Source of the DNA: Prorocentrum cordatum
Lineage: Eukaryota
Direction: 5' to 3'
DNA: 53,628 bases
NCBI GenBank assembly: GCA_963575745.1
Contig: CAUYUJ010000307.1
Coordinates: 62,001 to 115,628, forward strand
This document shows positions 1 to 12,300 of this stretch, in pieces (the stretch's first letter is position 1; every line of letters begins with the position of its first letter). The notes under the pieces were generated by a model. It worked only from the letters and a program-made list of their open reading frames with translations. It was not told the DNA's origin and ran no database searches. The translations under genes and the position numbers were made by a program.

Positions 1-274
1 CGTCGGTACTGGGGTTCGTCGGTGACCCCCCCCCTGCGGCACGTCAGTGGCCCTCCTGCGGACCCCCTTGGAGCTCGGTGCCCCGCCCCATGGCGCGGCG
101 CTTGTCGGAGGTCGGTGTTTCCAGCGACCGACCCGATCTCCACTCTCCAACACGCGCCCTCGGGCTCTTTCCTGGGAACTCTTTAGCGACACCCCCCTCC
201 CTCTGGGTCTCGACAGTGATCACCCTGCCCTGCCCTCACCCCCTCCTCAGGGTTCGTCGGGCCTGTCGGCGCGT

Positions 275-600
275 CGGCTCGTCAGCGATGAAACCCTCCT
301 CCCCCCTGGAGCTCGTCAGTGACGCCGCCTGGAGCGGGATCGTCAGCGTCTCCACCTGGGACTCTCCAGTCGTACTCCTTGAGGCTCGGCTCGTCAGTGG
401 ACACCCCTTGTGAGTCGTGGTCGTCAGTCGTCAGTCGTCAGTGGTCGCCAGTTCAGTGCCCCCCCCTGCAGCTCGTCAGAGACCCCCCCGTGAGCTCGTC
501 AGAGACCCCCCTGGAGCTCGTCAGCGGCCCCCCCCTGTGGCTCGTCAGTGGCCCCCTGGGCGCTCGTCAGTGCCCCCCCCTGCGGCTCGTCAGTGCGCTC
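275..600. repeat. Array of about 10 CTCGTCAG-(C)n units (left arm of the fold-back)
   Basis: CTCGTCAG recurs at about 278, 312, 390, 472, 495, 517, 541, 563 and 586, spaced ~22 bp near the right end and usually followed by C runs. Same motif and orientation as 20042-20173. Confidence 0.9.
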
Positions 601-747
601 ACTCATACAGAGAGGGTCCCTGACTTAAGTCTGTCCCCGCGACAGTGCCCGAGTCTGTTTCCCATACAAATCGGACTGTCGCGGGGACAGACTTTGGTCA
701 GGGACCCTATTTGTATAGAGTGAGCGCACTGACGAGCCGCAGGGGGG
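575..747. repeat. Long imperfect palindrome centred near 660
   Basis: CCCCCCTGCGGCTCGTCAGTGCGCTCACTCATACAGAGAGGGTCCCTGACTTAAGTCTGTCCCCGCGACAGT pairs with ACTGTCGCGGGGACAGACTTTGGTCAGGGACCCTATTTGTATAGAGTGAGCGCACTGACGAGCCGCAGGGGGG, with few mismatches. Confidence 0.95.
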
Positions 748-1830
748 TCACTGACGAGCTCCAGGGGGGTCACTGACGAGCCCCAGGGGGGGTCACTGAC
801 GAGCTCCAGGGGGGGACTCTGACGAGCTCCAGGGGGGTCTCTGACGAGCTCCAGGGGGGTCACTGACGAGGGGGGTCTCTGACGAGCTCCAGGGGGGCCT
901 CTGACGAGCCCCAGGGGGTCACTGACGAGCTCCAGGGGGGTCTCTGACGAGCTCCAGGGGGGTCTCTGACGAGCTCCAGGGGGGGTCTCTGACGAGCCCC
1001 AGGGGGGTCGCTGACGAGCTCCAGGGGGGTCACTGACGAGCCCCAGAGGGGGTCACTGACGAGCGCCAGGGGGGTCTCTGACGAGCTCCAGGGGGTCTCT
1101 GACGAGCTCGAGGGGGGTCTCTGACGAGCCCCAGGGGGGTCTCTGACGAGCTCCAGGGGGGGTCTCTGACGAGCTCCCAGGGGGTCTCTGACGAGCTCCA
1201 GGGGGTCTCTGACGAGCCCCAGGGGGGTCACTGACGAGCCCCAGGGGGGGGGTCACTGACGAGCTCCAGGGGGTCTCTGACGAGCTCAGGGGGGTTCGCT
1301 GACGAGCTCCAGGGTGGTCTCTGACGAGCTCTGGGGGGGGTCACTGACGCTCTCCAGGGTGGTCACAGACGAGCCCTCGGGGGGTCTCTGACGAGCTCCA
1401 GGGGGGGCACTGACGAGCCCTGCATGGGGTCCCTGACGAGCCCAGGAGGGGTGTCTGACGGGTCCCAGGGGGGGGATCAACCCCAGGAGTGGGGTGCGTC
1501 TCAGTGTCTCTGAGGAGCCAGGGGGCGGGTCGCTGAAGAACGTGGCGGGGGGGGGGCTGTGATCGATCGTGATGGCTGGAGTCACTGTCCACTGGTGCGC
1601 CGCATGCGGCGCACTCCCAGGGGAGGGGGGAGGGTACCTGGCGGGCACAGTGGGATGCCCTGGGGGGGGGGGGGGGCACTGACGAGCGCCAGAGGGCGAG
1701 ACAGATTGGGGGGGATACACCGACGAGACAACGGAGTCCGACGAACCCCAGGGCGGTCGAGGGGTTCGCTGATCAGTGGAGCTCCATGCTGACGAGCCGA
1801 GCCCCGATGGGTCACTGACGAGCCCCAGGG
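729..1830. repeat. Tandem array of roughly 35 copies of a 21-23 bp unit CTGACGAGCYCCA(G)5-8TCW
   Basis: Directly visible. Regular from 729 to ~1460, then sparse copies at ~1679, 1789 and 1814. Reverse complement of the CTCGTCAG arrays. Confidence 0.97.
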
Positions 1831-2171
1831 GGAGGCGCATTGACGATTTCCCAGGTGGGGTGACGGTCAAGGCGGTGGACGGGTCGCGGACCACTGTCCC
1901 GTGGGGCATTGGTGAGTCCCTGGGTCGCGCGGATTCTATACCTTAACGCTCTCAGCTGCCAGTCCTGGCCTTGGAGTATTGTCCCTCCCACCCCCGCTGT
2001 CGTCACCTCGTTCCTCGTTCTCGTCTTCTCAGCCACGTGGGGCGCCGCGGGCCAGAGTACAGTGCTGTTGTGTTGCGCGTCGCGCCGCGTGCGCCTTGAC
2101 CCAGTTTTGGTCATCGTCGTCGTCGGCCAAGTCCGATAGTCCGAGCCTGTCGGAGATGATCTCGCATTCTG

Positions 2172-2195
2172 TCTGTAACCATTTCCTGGATCAAG
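2172..2195 (+). other. Relic dinoflagellate spliced leader (DinoSL)
   Basis: TCTGTAACCATTTCCTGGATCAAG versus DCCGTAGCCATTTTGGCTCAAG: 3 substitutions plus a 2-nt insertion, about 80 nt upstream of the ATG at 2278. Confidence 0.7.
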
Positions 2196-2277
2196 CGCTG
2201 TTTGAGACATTTGTGCGCTTGCCTGTTTCCTCGCAGTGCGAGCGGCGATCGTTCTGCCCCACCCGCCCGTGCTCGCG

Positions 2278-2940
2278 ATGTCGAACGGCGTGACCTTCCA
2301 GGTCCAGGTGCGGTTGGAGGGTAACGCCGACGTGGAGATCCGCGTTGGCGTCCGCGAGGCGGGTGCCCCTGCTCCCGCTGCAGCAGCTGCGTCAGCGGAG
2401 TCAGCTCATGGCCATCCCGCGCGTGATCCTGCTGCAGGTCCTCAGCCTGTGCCCGTGCCAGCTGGGCCAGCCGATGACCGCCACCCTCCTGCGCATGGCC
2501 CTGCTGATGGCCCTGTCGGACCTGCTGGTGGCGCTGCTGATCCAGCCGCTGGCCATCACCCAGCGCCTGTCCCTGATGACCCTGCTGGGCCTGCCGGTGG
2601 CGCTGTCGTTCCAGTTGCAGCGGCAGCTGCTGCACTAGCTGCCGCCCCAGCCGCCGCAGCTGCGGCCGCAGCCCCTGCTGCTGCCGCTCCGTGGCTCGCG
2701 CCACACTTCCGGCGTGTCCAGCAGCATGCCTTGGGCCCGCAGTACCACGCGTCGCACACGTGGTACCGCTACCGCTCGATCACCTTCTGCGCCGTCTGCG
2801 GCGCGTACTCGGAGTACCAGACATCGCTGCTCGGTCGCGAGCCATGCCGAGAAGTGCGCACCGAGTCTGGCAGGAGGGTACTCCGGAGCTTGGTGCACCT
2901 GCACCATCCCCGCGGCATCAACTGGCATGAGTATAGTTAG
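2278..2940 (+). CDS. Intronless 220-aa protein with Ala/Pro linker and C-terminal His/Cys zinc-finger-like domain
   Basis: MSNGVTFQVQVRLEG... ending HASHTWYRYRSITFCAVCGAYSEYQTSLLGREPC...LRSLVHLHHP, with HxSH, CxxC and PC motifs. Preceded by an SL relic. Confidence 0.7.
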   Translation: MSNGVTFQVQVRLEGNADVEIRVGVREAGAPAPAAAAASAESAHGHPARDPAAGPQPVPVPAGPADDRHPPAHGPADGPVGPAGGAADPAAGHHPAPVPDDPAGPAGGAVVPVAAAAAALAAAPAAAAAAAAPAAAAPWLAPHFRRVQQHALGPQYHASHTWYRYRSITFCAVCGAYSEYQTSLLGREPCREVRTESGRRVLRSLVHLHHPRGINWHEYS

Positions 2941-4555
2941 TCAGTGTCGTCAATGGCGATGACGCCCGCCGGTGCATGGTTCGCTCGGTGCCTCTAGAGA
3001 CGCGCATGTGGGTGTGGCGCGTAGGTGGTGCCTACAGACTCAGTGCAACGGTAAACCGAACCCACGCCCCCCCGCCCCCCCCATGGGATTTCGTATGACA
3101 ATATACCGCCCTGGCACCGAAACCAGAGCGAGACTGCCTGCTAGGAACGCTGTTATGCCCATCTCGGCGTGAAAATCTTTCAGAAAACCACAAATGGGGA
3201 TAGGGTGCGGTTAACCGATGCTCAATTAGAATTTAGAATCGGCCGCGTTTTGTTTTCATGCGCGTGTGCGTGCGGCTCATTTGGGGCCCGGTGGTGCGTA
3301 CACATGTTGATACCTGCGCAGCACCGAGTCCAGACAGCAGCGATAGAGCTCATCTGAGAATTGGAAAAAAAAAAAAAACCGAGCACTGAGCACCCGAGGG
3401 TCACATCAGGGATCTTACGATGAGCTGGGGCAGGCGCGGGACGTGCGCCGCCCTACAGACGTGGCCATATGCCAGAGCCTCAGAGGAGGGAGGGCTGAGA
3501 ATATGCGAATCACCGTTCATGGTTTCGCCGTCTTCGGCTCTCGGGGTGGGGGCCTCGTCAGCGCGGCTGAACGCGTCGACGCTGCGGAACTGCGCGCGCG
3601 GCCTCCTGGTCTGGTCGAGAGGGATGTGGATGAGTGGGTGGGGTGGGGAAGATAAGGCTGTGCAGGGGGCAGTGGCAGTGGCAGTGGGGGAGGGGAGGGT
3701 GGGCGGGTGCAGGGGCAGTTCGGATCATCACACCATGTAATACTGTAACATGTAAGTTTCGGTTCCATTCCCACATGAGGAGGAGTTCTCGCCCGTGTCG
3801 TACAAGACGCTGCAGGAGTTCCCCGTCATCGAGTGCCGAGTCGAGACCGACAGCTGGGCCACGGTCACACCATCGGCTGCGTTTCAGGACGGCGCCCGTC
3901 AAACAGCAATCGGGGTGCGATCAGTTAGTCTAAGCGACCCTGGTACGCTGTCGACGTCGATACATAGTCTACTCTGTAGGCCCGCGCTGGGGTCGGGGGT
4001 CGTACAGATCTGTTGCTCCGGTCATCTCTCAGATCATATGAATCATATGGCATGGTCTCTCAGATCATACCGATGCCCGATCACCTCCCCCCTTGCCTAG
4101 ATGACGCGAGGACGAGGCGGGTGGTGGAGGAGGAGGAGGAGGTGTAAGCGTGGGGAGGCGGATGAGGAGGATACCGCGGTACGGCGCGAAAGATCTGGCC
4201 AGGGCGGACCAGGGGCCCGCTCGGGGCCTTCCAATGCCATCCAGCGCGATTCCGGAGGGCCCCACGGGCCGCACGTTCCTCGTTCCTATCTGCGCCCCCT
4301 CCCCTCCCGCGCCGCCAGCGCCCCAGTTGGACTCCAAGGGGGGCCCATGCCCCTCACATGTCGCATGCCCCCCAACAGGTCCTACGCCGGACCGCGCCCC
4401 CCTCAGGTGCATCCTTGCAGTAAGAGTCTTGGGCTTGGGGGCTTCCTGGGACGGACCCCACTGTTCATCCACGCCAGTCGCCAACCGAGAACTTCAAGCG
4501 CGCCAGAATCGTCACTGGCACTGAGTTTCGCCTCGCCGTGCTGCGGAAATCAAGG

Positions 4556-7500
4556 GGGGGCGGTCGCGCGGACGAGGCACTATCCTACGGTGATCCCGCA
4601 GGACCCCTCGACGCACCCAGGCGAGCTCGTCAAGGTCATGCTGGACCGCCTGGGCCCCGAGTTCAGGCACCACATCTGGGTGTTCATGCATCATGAGTCG
4701 ACCCTGCGCGTAGGTACCATCTGTTCGGGGACAGAAGCTCCGATCGTCGCCCTGAAGAGCATCGTTGAAGCGGGAGTGCCGGTCCTGGCTGCAGAGTTTG
4801 GGCCTGTGGACTTCACAATCTCGCATCGCTTCTCAGTTGAGCTCGACGCGGACAAGCGCAGCTTCATCAAGGCCCCCCCCCGCCCCCCAGGCTGATATGC
4901 TGCCCGCCCCCCCGTACGGGTGAATATAGTGAGGTTACCGCGTGAGGAGGAGGAGGAGGAGGAGGAGGAGGAGGAGGCGGAGGAGGAGGAGGAGGAGGAG
5001 GAGGAGGAGGAGGACCACTCTACGCTCCCGACCCCACCGTGATCATTTGATCATTTCGCTACCTAGGGTACGTCGGTCGCCATCTAGACTGCCACGCCCC
5101 CCCACCCCGCGCCCCTGGGCCCCTGGGCCCGCATTGCTAATGTCCATTGCCCAAATCAGAACATCTGGGAATCATCTGATCACCATCGCCCCAGGCAGTG
5201 TCCGACCCGCGCCCGGAGTACCTCTTCGAGGCGGCCGCCGACTTGTCTTCGGACACCGCGCTCAACTATTCGGGAGATGGCCCGCCCTCCGACGCTGACG
5301 CGTCGTCGGCCACGCACGATTCCCAGGTGACGGTTGCCGGCTTCCCGTGCGACGACGTGAGCGAGATGAATACGAATTCCAGCTTATTTCGAACGAGCGT
5401 TGCAGATGGAGTTGGGCGCACGGGTGGTACGTTCGCCAACATCATCACCCATTTCGCGCACCCGGAGGTGAAGAAGCGCATGCTTTTTTCCTTAACTGAG
5501 AACGTGAAGGGGTTGGCCAAGCCCCCCAAAATCATAGATCCAGTGACGAAGGCCCGCGTTACAGGTGACGTGCACCAGTCCAATCTAGCGGCTGCATTGG
5601 ATATGCTGCGGAGTTCGGGGCTGTCCTCATTTGCTTGTCGACTTGACCCCCGGCTCTTCGGATGGCCGCAGGCTCGCGGTCGGTTCTACCTGCCCTCGTT
5701 CAACAGCAAAGTCTTGCACGATATGAACATGTCGGATGCCGAGGTCGCGACCGCCGACGACGCCGCGGTGGCGACGCGGCGACGGCGACGGCGTCGTTAG
5801 ACTCTGCTTATGTGTTAAACGCTAGCGCCAGTCGCCACGGTAGGATACCGATTGGACGATGTGACGTGTGACGGTGACGGTGTGACGGTGTGACGATGGC
5901 TACCGCCTCCGCTGTTGTCGACGACTGCCGCCCTGAGCAGGTATACTCCCTCATGCAGTCCATTTTGGAGAAGACGTGTAATGGCTACGGACTGGTTCCG
6001 TTCGACGCCATCTTGCTTCCTGAGGGTCACCCGGCGCTCCAGCATGCGCCACCACCCGATGCAGCCGCCGACGGTGACGCAGATACCACGCAGCCGCGTG
6101 CGCAAAGACGGGGAGGGGTGTGGGTCATCCGACGACTTCGCCCTCGCCGACGGTGGAGGTCGGTAACGCCGCCCGAGGGATGGGCGGCGTTGTCCCACTG
6201 TCGGCGAATGCGTTGAGTCCTCGGATCCAGCCCCCCCCCCCATCTCTGCGCAGCGACGCAGCAGCAGCAGCCACAGCAGCCACATCACTCAGAGTCTCAG
6301 CCGCACCAGCCATCAGATCAGCAGCCGCAGCCACCGCAGCAGACGCAGCAGCCCAGCCTTCACGACCGCGGTCACGCCAAGTTTGTGCCGACCTTGGCCA
6401 CGATCCACGAAGTGCCCAGCCCTGGCGCGGGCGCGCCTGGTCATCACGACAGGCGCGCTGGTATTGATCTAGAGGCCGAGTTGGAACGCATGCTGGACGA
6501 AGCGATTGACAATGACAAGAGTTCAGCCAATTCGACCGTCCGTTCTGGTGGTACCGACGGCGATGCAGCAGCAGCAGCAGGATCGGGATCGCGTGCCGAG
6601 GAGGGCGCGTCGCCGCCTACGCAGCCGCAGCAGCAGCTGCAGCTGCCACAAGCAGCAGGTGCGAGTACGGCGACGCCGCCTACCGTGTCGTGCCCTTTTG
6701 TTGCGCCTCACGGTGACCACACGCGGTGGGTGAACAAGCACCACGCGGCGGGCGGGCGCCAAGCTGCCAGGCGCGTGGACATCGGCATGTTCACGAACAC
6801 GCTGGCAGATCGCAGGCGCTTTCCAGGTCTGGCGGTGCTCACGGACAGGGAGCGCTCCCAGCTCTACTTGGCGGACGCGACCGTGTCGGAGGCGTCGACC
6901 CGCATCATTGAGGTTGGCCAAACGTTCTCTCGCGTCGGTCCTGGCTCGCAGTACGTGGACTGCGTCACGCCGAGGTCCCGCAGGGTCGAGTCAACAGTGT
7001 TGCCCCAGCCCCGCCCCCCCCCCCCACCCCGAAAAACTGGATAGCTACGGTTGTGACGACCCCTCGTCGCCGCGGCTGGACGCAACGTTCAATTTACAAT
7101 GTAATAATGAAACGCGTGCACCTCCTGTGTGTAATCTGGGTGTCTTGTCCTGACGACCGGCGACCCCCCCCCCATGGCCGCAGGGTCGCTAAGCTCGGGG
7201 CGCTTGCTGTCATGTCCAAGTCCTCGATGTCACGTCCTGCGGGGTGTCTCGATACGTCACACGCCCGTCTTTCCGTACCCCGTACCCTGGCCGAGTTCTT
7301 GCTGTGCCCGTTCCTTCCACTACTCCTCCCCGCCCGCCATACCCTGCGCCCTCCCCGGGTCCCAGATACTTAAATACAGTGCCATCGATACAAGACGCCT
7401 CCCGATTCAGTTGGCGTGCGTGGGTGACGTCCAGGAACCGCATGGCCCACGGCATTGAAGGGCTTCGCTTCCAGGGGATCAGTTACGGGCCCCGCGACTC

Positions 7501-7630
7501 TGTCCTGCCGCAGTTCTCCTCCAAATTGCTCCAAGATCTGGCGGGTAACGCCATGGACGTGGGGTGCTTGATCAACCAGTACCTGCTGGCCTTCACTATC
7601 CTCGGTGCCGCATTTGATCGTGGCGAGGGG
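4556..7630 (+). CDS. Multi-exon C5 cytosine DNA methyltransferase, DNMT5-type catalytic domain (5' and 3' ends uncertain; possible frameshift or small intron at ~6100-6400)
   Basis: Motif I LRVGTICSGTEAP and II HRFSVELDADKRSFIK (exon ending 4871, GC donor). Exon 5195-5743 has IV AGFPC, GRTGGTF, VI TENVKGL and VIII FGWPQARGRFY. Exon from 5941 has FDAILLPEGHP. LTDRE...EVGQTFSR...CVTP ends 6974. Exon from 7411 has GIEGLRFQG (IX) and LLQDLAGNAM (X). Intron phases are compatible at 4871/5195, 5743/5941 and 6974/7411. Confidence 0.88.
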
Positions 7631-9300
7631 TCTGGTACTGATGGCCTCGCAGTTGCTGGTGTGGGCGGTGCTTACTCGGTGGACAGGGGTAGAATGGGTA
7701 GAAGAATGAACGATGGGCGCATCGGTGGCTCTAGTGGGGGTGGGGGGGATGATGTTGGCCATGGGGTTGATGCCAAAGGGCGGTGCCTCCTCCAGGGTAG
7801 TAGTTCGGTTACAGGGTCGGAAACCAGTGTCGTCCTGGGAGAAGCGGCTATCCATCCTCCTCCCCGAATCGCCGAACCCCCCCCGTCCCGTCCTCTCATG
7901 ACCAGGGTCAGGATTTCGTTAACCAGTACTCGCTGCCCTCTCACGCCACCCCCACTCTGTCACACCACTCCTGGACCATCCTCAGTCTCTGCCCCGGTGG
8001 CCGATGTACGCAGCAAGTCATGATGTACTGTACCCCCGCCCACCCCCGGTCAGACGTCCTGGATCCTGGCAGCCCGCCCCCCCCAATCCACCCGGTGTTT
8101 ACCAGCTGTGCCTTCAAAACCACATCCATGGGAACCCAGGGCCCTGTTCCTGTCGGGGGGGGGGGTAGGGCTGCGTCCGTTTTGCACTCAGATGCCCCGT
8201 GTCAACAGAGGACGCCGCGAGTGACAGCGACGCCGCGGACCAGGCGGACGACGCGGCGGATTCCATATGGAAGTGAGTCGATAGTCCTAGTCGTCACGGG
8301 AATGCAAGGGGAGAGGTGTGGAGGGGACGTGATGATGATTGATGATGATGTCGACCAGGTGGGAAGATGCGAGTGATGAATGATGAATGACTGATGGGGT
8401 GACGGTGACTGGCGACTGGTGACTGTCACAGATGTCAGTCCCGAGCTCTGCTCGTTTCGCGAGCGTCCGAGCTGCTGCGGGTGCTGACAGGACATGCCAT
8501 GCATGCCTGCATGCCGCGGTCGATTCAAGACGATCGCGTGGGGATTTCCGAGGCCGCAGGGATGCCGGGGGCGACCCCACCGACGCCGTCGCCCCATCCA
8601 TCTCTAGTCCTCAGCGCGGCGCGGCACGGCTTCAGAGTGCCGCCGTGTTTTTGCTGGCTGCGGCGCGGGCGTTGGCCTAGCTGGCACGAGGGGGGCGACG
8701 CGCGGCAACAGTCAGCGGTGCGCTGCCAATGTGCCTCACCTCCCCAGGTCATATCCCGTCATCCCGATCCCGTCTGGCTCCTCTGGCTCCTGTCTCTCTT
8801 AGGGATGCACCCTGGGCCGCACTTCCTGGTGACTGGAGCACCATCGCTGGCGCAGTCTGGCTTCTTGTGAGTGTGTCAGCGGGTTGGTGGTCAGTGGTCT
8901 GGAGACGGTTCCGAACCTGTGGCCGACGGGTGGTTCGGGGCACAGGCATGGCTGGACATGGGCCATGGGGGGGGGACCTCGTCTGGACGCGGTGACGAGG
9001 CGGGTCCCTCTGGGCCCCAACCGCGGACGCGCCCCTTGCTCGGAATTATCCCCGATGGCTCGCCCGGACTCTCACTCCATGGCCCATGATGTCGCAGAGT
9101 CCCCAGGGGTCGGTTCGTTTGGGAATCTGTGAGAGGGTTGGTATTCTGAGTTCTGCGCCCACTCCCCTGCGGGTCGTCACGTCGTCACGACACGTTACGT
9201 TTGCGCCGCGCCCCAGGCCCATTTGTTTGCAGCACTTGGCCCGCAGCGGCCTAGCTCCCGCTTTGCGTTGTAAGATTTCGCCCACCCCTCGGCATCGGAG

Positions 9301-12300
9301 ATGTCGCACCGCGGTCGCGGCAGCCGTGCTTCCAGCGCCGCTGGGGCGGCGGTGGGTGCTGGGCCACGGAGCGGCGGATCAGACCGCTCGCCATCGGCGG
9401 CGCTCGCGTACATCAGGAGCCTCTTCGCGGATCACAGTCGCCGCGTGGAGGAGCCGCGGTGGGGGGGGGATTTGGGGCTCTGGACCCGGGGCCCTGGCCC
9501 GGACAGCTGACCGCCGACGGCGTCGGGGGGTGAGGGGTCCTCGTGAGGAGGACGTTGAGTGAGGTGAGGAGGAGGGAGGAGGGAAGAGGGGTGGTTTGCT
9601 AACGGCCTTCTTCTGGGCTGTAGCCGTGCTCGTAGCCTCCTCCCCGCAGAACCCCGTGACACTCCCTGGGCGTCTCTTCAAATCGAGCGAGTCGATCGGT
9701 CCACCGTGCGATATCGAGGACATCACCGACTCAGCGATCATCGCAGAGCTCGACGCGTTCCTGCAGGCAGCCTTGGAGCGGCGCAGTGCGCTGGGGCCAC
9801 CCGTGCCGACAGCGGCGTTTCCTGCTGGTCTCGACAAGGACCATAGCCACCCGTACCCCCCGCCATTAGCAATGTTGTCACTTAAGTCACTGGACCTCGG
9901 GCCTTGGGCTTTGGGCCTTGGCGGCCTTGGGTACTGACCGCGGCGCGGTGCGGTGATGAGATCGGCGCACGATGCGGTTGGGAACTGTAAGGCAGGGTGG
10001 CCCTTGGCCCCTTCGGACCCTCTCCCCTGCCGCGTCGCCTCGCCGCCTCGGCTCCGCCGCTCCGTCCTCTGGGGGGTCGGGTCGTCCCGGCACCGCTGCT
10101 CTGTGTCTGCAGTTGCGACCCTTCAGGACCCGTGCCCATTCTGCTCGCGCTGCTTCAGAACGACCCGGAATCCCCTTCGTGGAGCAGCCTCGCCCTATTT
10201 GGAGGTATCGCGCCCTGGCGCGCTGGAGTGCAAGTCGTGCAGGAATGGCCAGAACGTGTTCTTCAAGGCATGTGTCGATGCCGTGAAGTCCTGTCGAACC
10301 GAAGTGCGCTGGTATGGCCATGTGTCGGGGATATAGACCGATCCACGGTCGTGCCTCGCACGTCGGATCGTACGTGGCGCTCGGTGTTCGGTCGAAAGGG
10401 ATGGAGCAAGGCCGCGCTCAAGGAGTCGCTCAAGGGTGTCGCCTTCAACAAGATATACCAGCTGCTCATTTTCATCCGCGAAGACATGCTGAACGGCGAT
10501 GTGGCGGTGTCCAGCGGCGGGTTGGGGCTATCCTTGGATAGCGCACCCGCCGCCGCCGCAGCAGCTGCGACATCATCGGCCGCGGCAGGCCATCACCAGT
10601 GAGCAGTGGAAACACCAGTGAACCATGATTGTCGTTGGGACCACCACCCACCCCTAGCCCCTAGTCGCACGCGGGGTTGGATTTGGGCAGGGGAAGGTGG
10701 AGTTGGGAGGGGGCGTCCGTCGCCTGTGACTGACGCTGCTGTGTGAGTGCGTGAGGGCCCTGGGCCTGGCTAGCTTGTTCGGTGGTCCCGGGACTCGTGG
10801 ACCCACCATCCATCCGCGCTCCTTTAAGGCCCTCGCGGTCTCAGCGTGGCGGCGGGCACCACGCACAGCATCGAAGCCAAGCTGGTCTGCGGTACGTTCT
10901 GGCCCCTCTCGGTATACAAGAAGGATGGCAACGCGGCCCCGCCGAAGTCGAAGCTGTTCTATGCGGAGGTTCATGGCGACCGCGTCCTCGGCTTGATCAG
11001 GGACCCTCGCATCCCTGCGGCGGCTGGCTGCTTCAAACTCAGCGCGCGGGATATGAAGCAGCTCAAGAAGTATGAGGAGGTCGAGACGGAGGCGACCGCG
11101 CTGGGCCGGCAGCAGGTGGGACCGCGCACCGGGTAAATGCAACGGCGAGGTTGCGATGGTTGGTGCGCATTGCGCATTGATGAGGAGGTTGGGGAGATCT
11201 GAGGTCATGAGATCATGAGGGGATGCCGGGATGATGTGATAGGGCCCTAGGCGGCCCCAGGGCCGCGCCCCCTCCCCCTCCACAGGCCTCGCACGCCCCC
11301 CCCCCTCCTCCTCCCACCCCTCCCCCCGCTCCCCATTTCCCATTTCTCGTCTTCCTCCTCCTCCTCCTCCTCCTCCTCTTCGCCCTCCCTTCCTCTCCGC
11401 CGCCCCCCTCCCACCCCCAGGTAGAGACCGTCTACAGTGAGATTCGCGACCGCATGGGGCTGACGGTTTCAATGGCTGATGACGGAACTGTGAACGTGGC
11501 TTCAACAGGGGGCGGACGCCGTGATGATACCATTGGTCTTGATGCACTCGCCGATGTATGGGCGCCGGTAGTAGTGCCCGCTGCGGCTGGAGGAGCATCC
11601 CGGGCCACTGGAGGAGGAGGGGCCCGCAGGTCCGGCGTTGCTGCCGCTGCCGCTGCCGCTACGGCTACCGCAGCTGGCGCTGGCAGACCCAGATCCACCG
11701 CCGTCGCCAAAGCTGGCGCAAGCTCGACCAAGGAGCAGGCGGCCCGGGCACAGCTGATTGGTCACGGCCAGCAAACAGTCCTCAAGTGCCAACAGATGCT
11801 CACATCGCTCGAGTCACCCGACTTCGTGATGCTCCAGCAGACTAAGAAGATCCAGAAACTGATCGACGAGATCACGACGCGGACGTCTGGCAAGTGGCTT
11901 GAGGCGTACACTGCACGCGACGCCGATGGCTCAGGCACGATACGATGACGACGATGACCCGTCCCTCCCTCTCCCTGCCCTTTCTTACTGTCGCCCATCG
12001 GTCCTCGTTGTAGTTGTCGCCGTGGCAGCCGCAGCGCGTCCCCATCCCATCCGGGTGCGTCCGCCTGGGGCCAGGGGGGGATGACCAGAACGGGCGGATC
12101 TGTTCACCCGAAATCCCGATCGGAGCGTCTGTAGCGGCAGCACGAGCAGGCGCAGCTCAGGAACAGCAGCAGCAGCAGGGACAGGCGCAGCACTGTATCG
12201 CACAAATAGTCAGCAATGCAGCATGCGCACGATAGTCTCCTGGTCTGGCGAGTCTGGTGCTGCTTAGCTCACGTCTCCCACGTCATATCTCACATCCTCA

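Noticed and set aside
656..658. TGT at 656-658 and 20203-20205 as a 3-bp TSD
   Set aside because: Would fit CACTA, but needs a mismatched left terminus (TTCCC versus CACTC). The left flank is another repeat end rather than the missing YR half, and a 3-bp match is easily chance.
729..1460. CRISPR-like array
   Set aside because: Spacers are near-identical G runs, not unique sequences; no cas genes; eukaryotic context.
3400..4450. 5' exons of the methyltransferase gene
   Set aside because: Short protein-like pieces exist (e.g. YKTLQEFPVIECRVETDSWATV), but I could not join them reliably.
8020..9300. Additional exons or a transposase between the DNMT and the large gene
   Set aside because: No DDE or other recognisable motifs, and no convincing reading frame.
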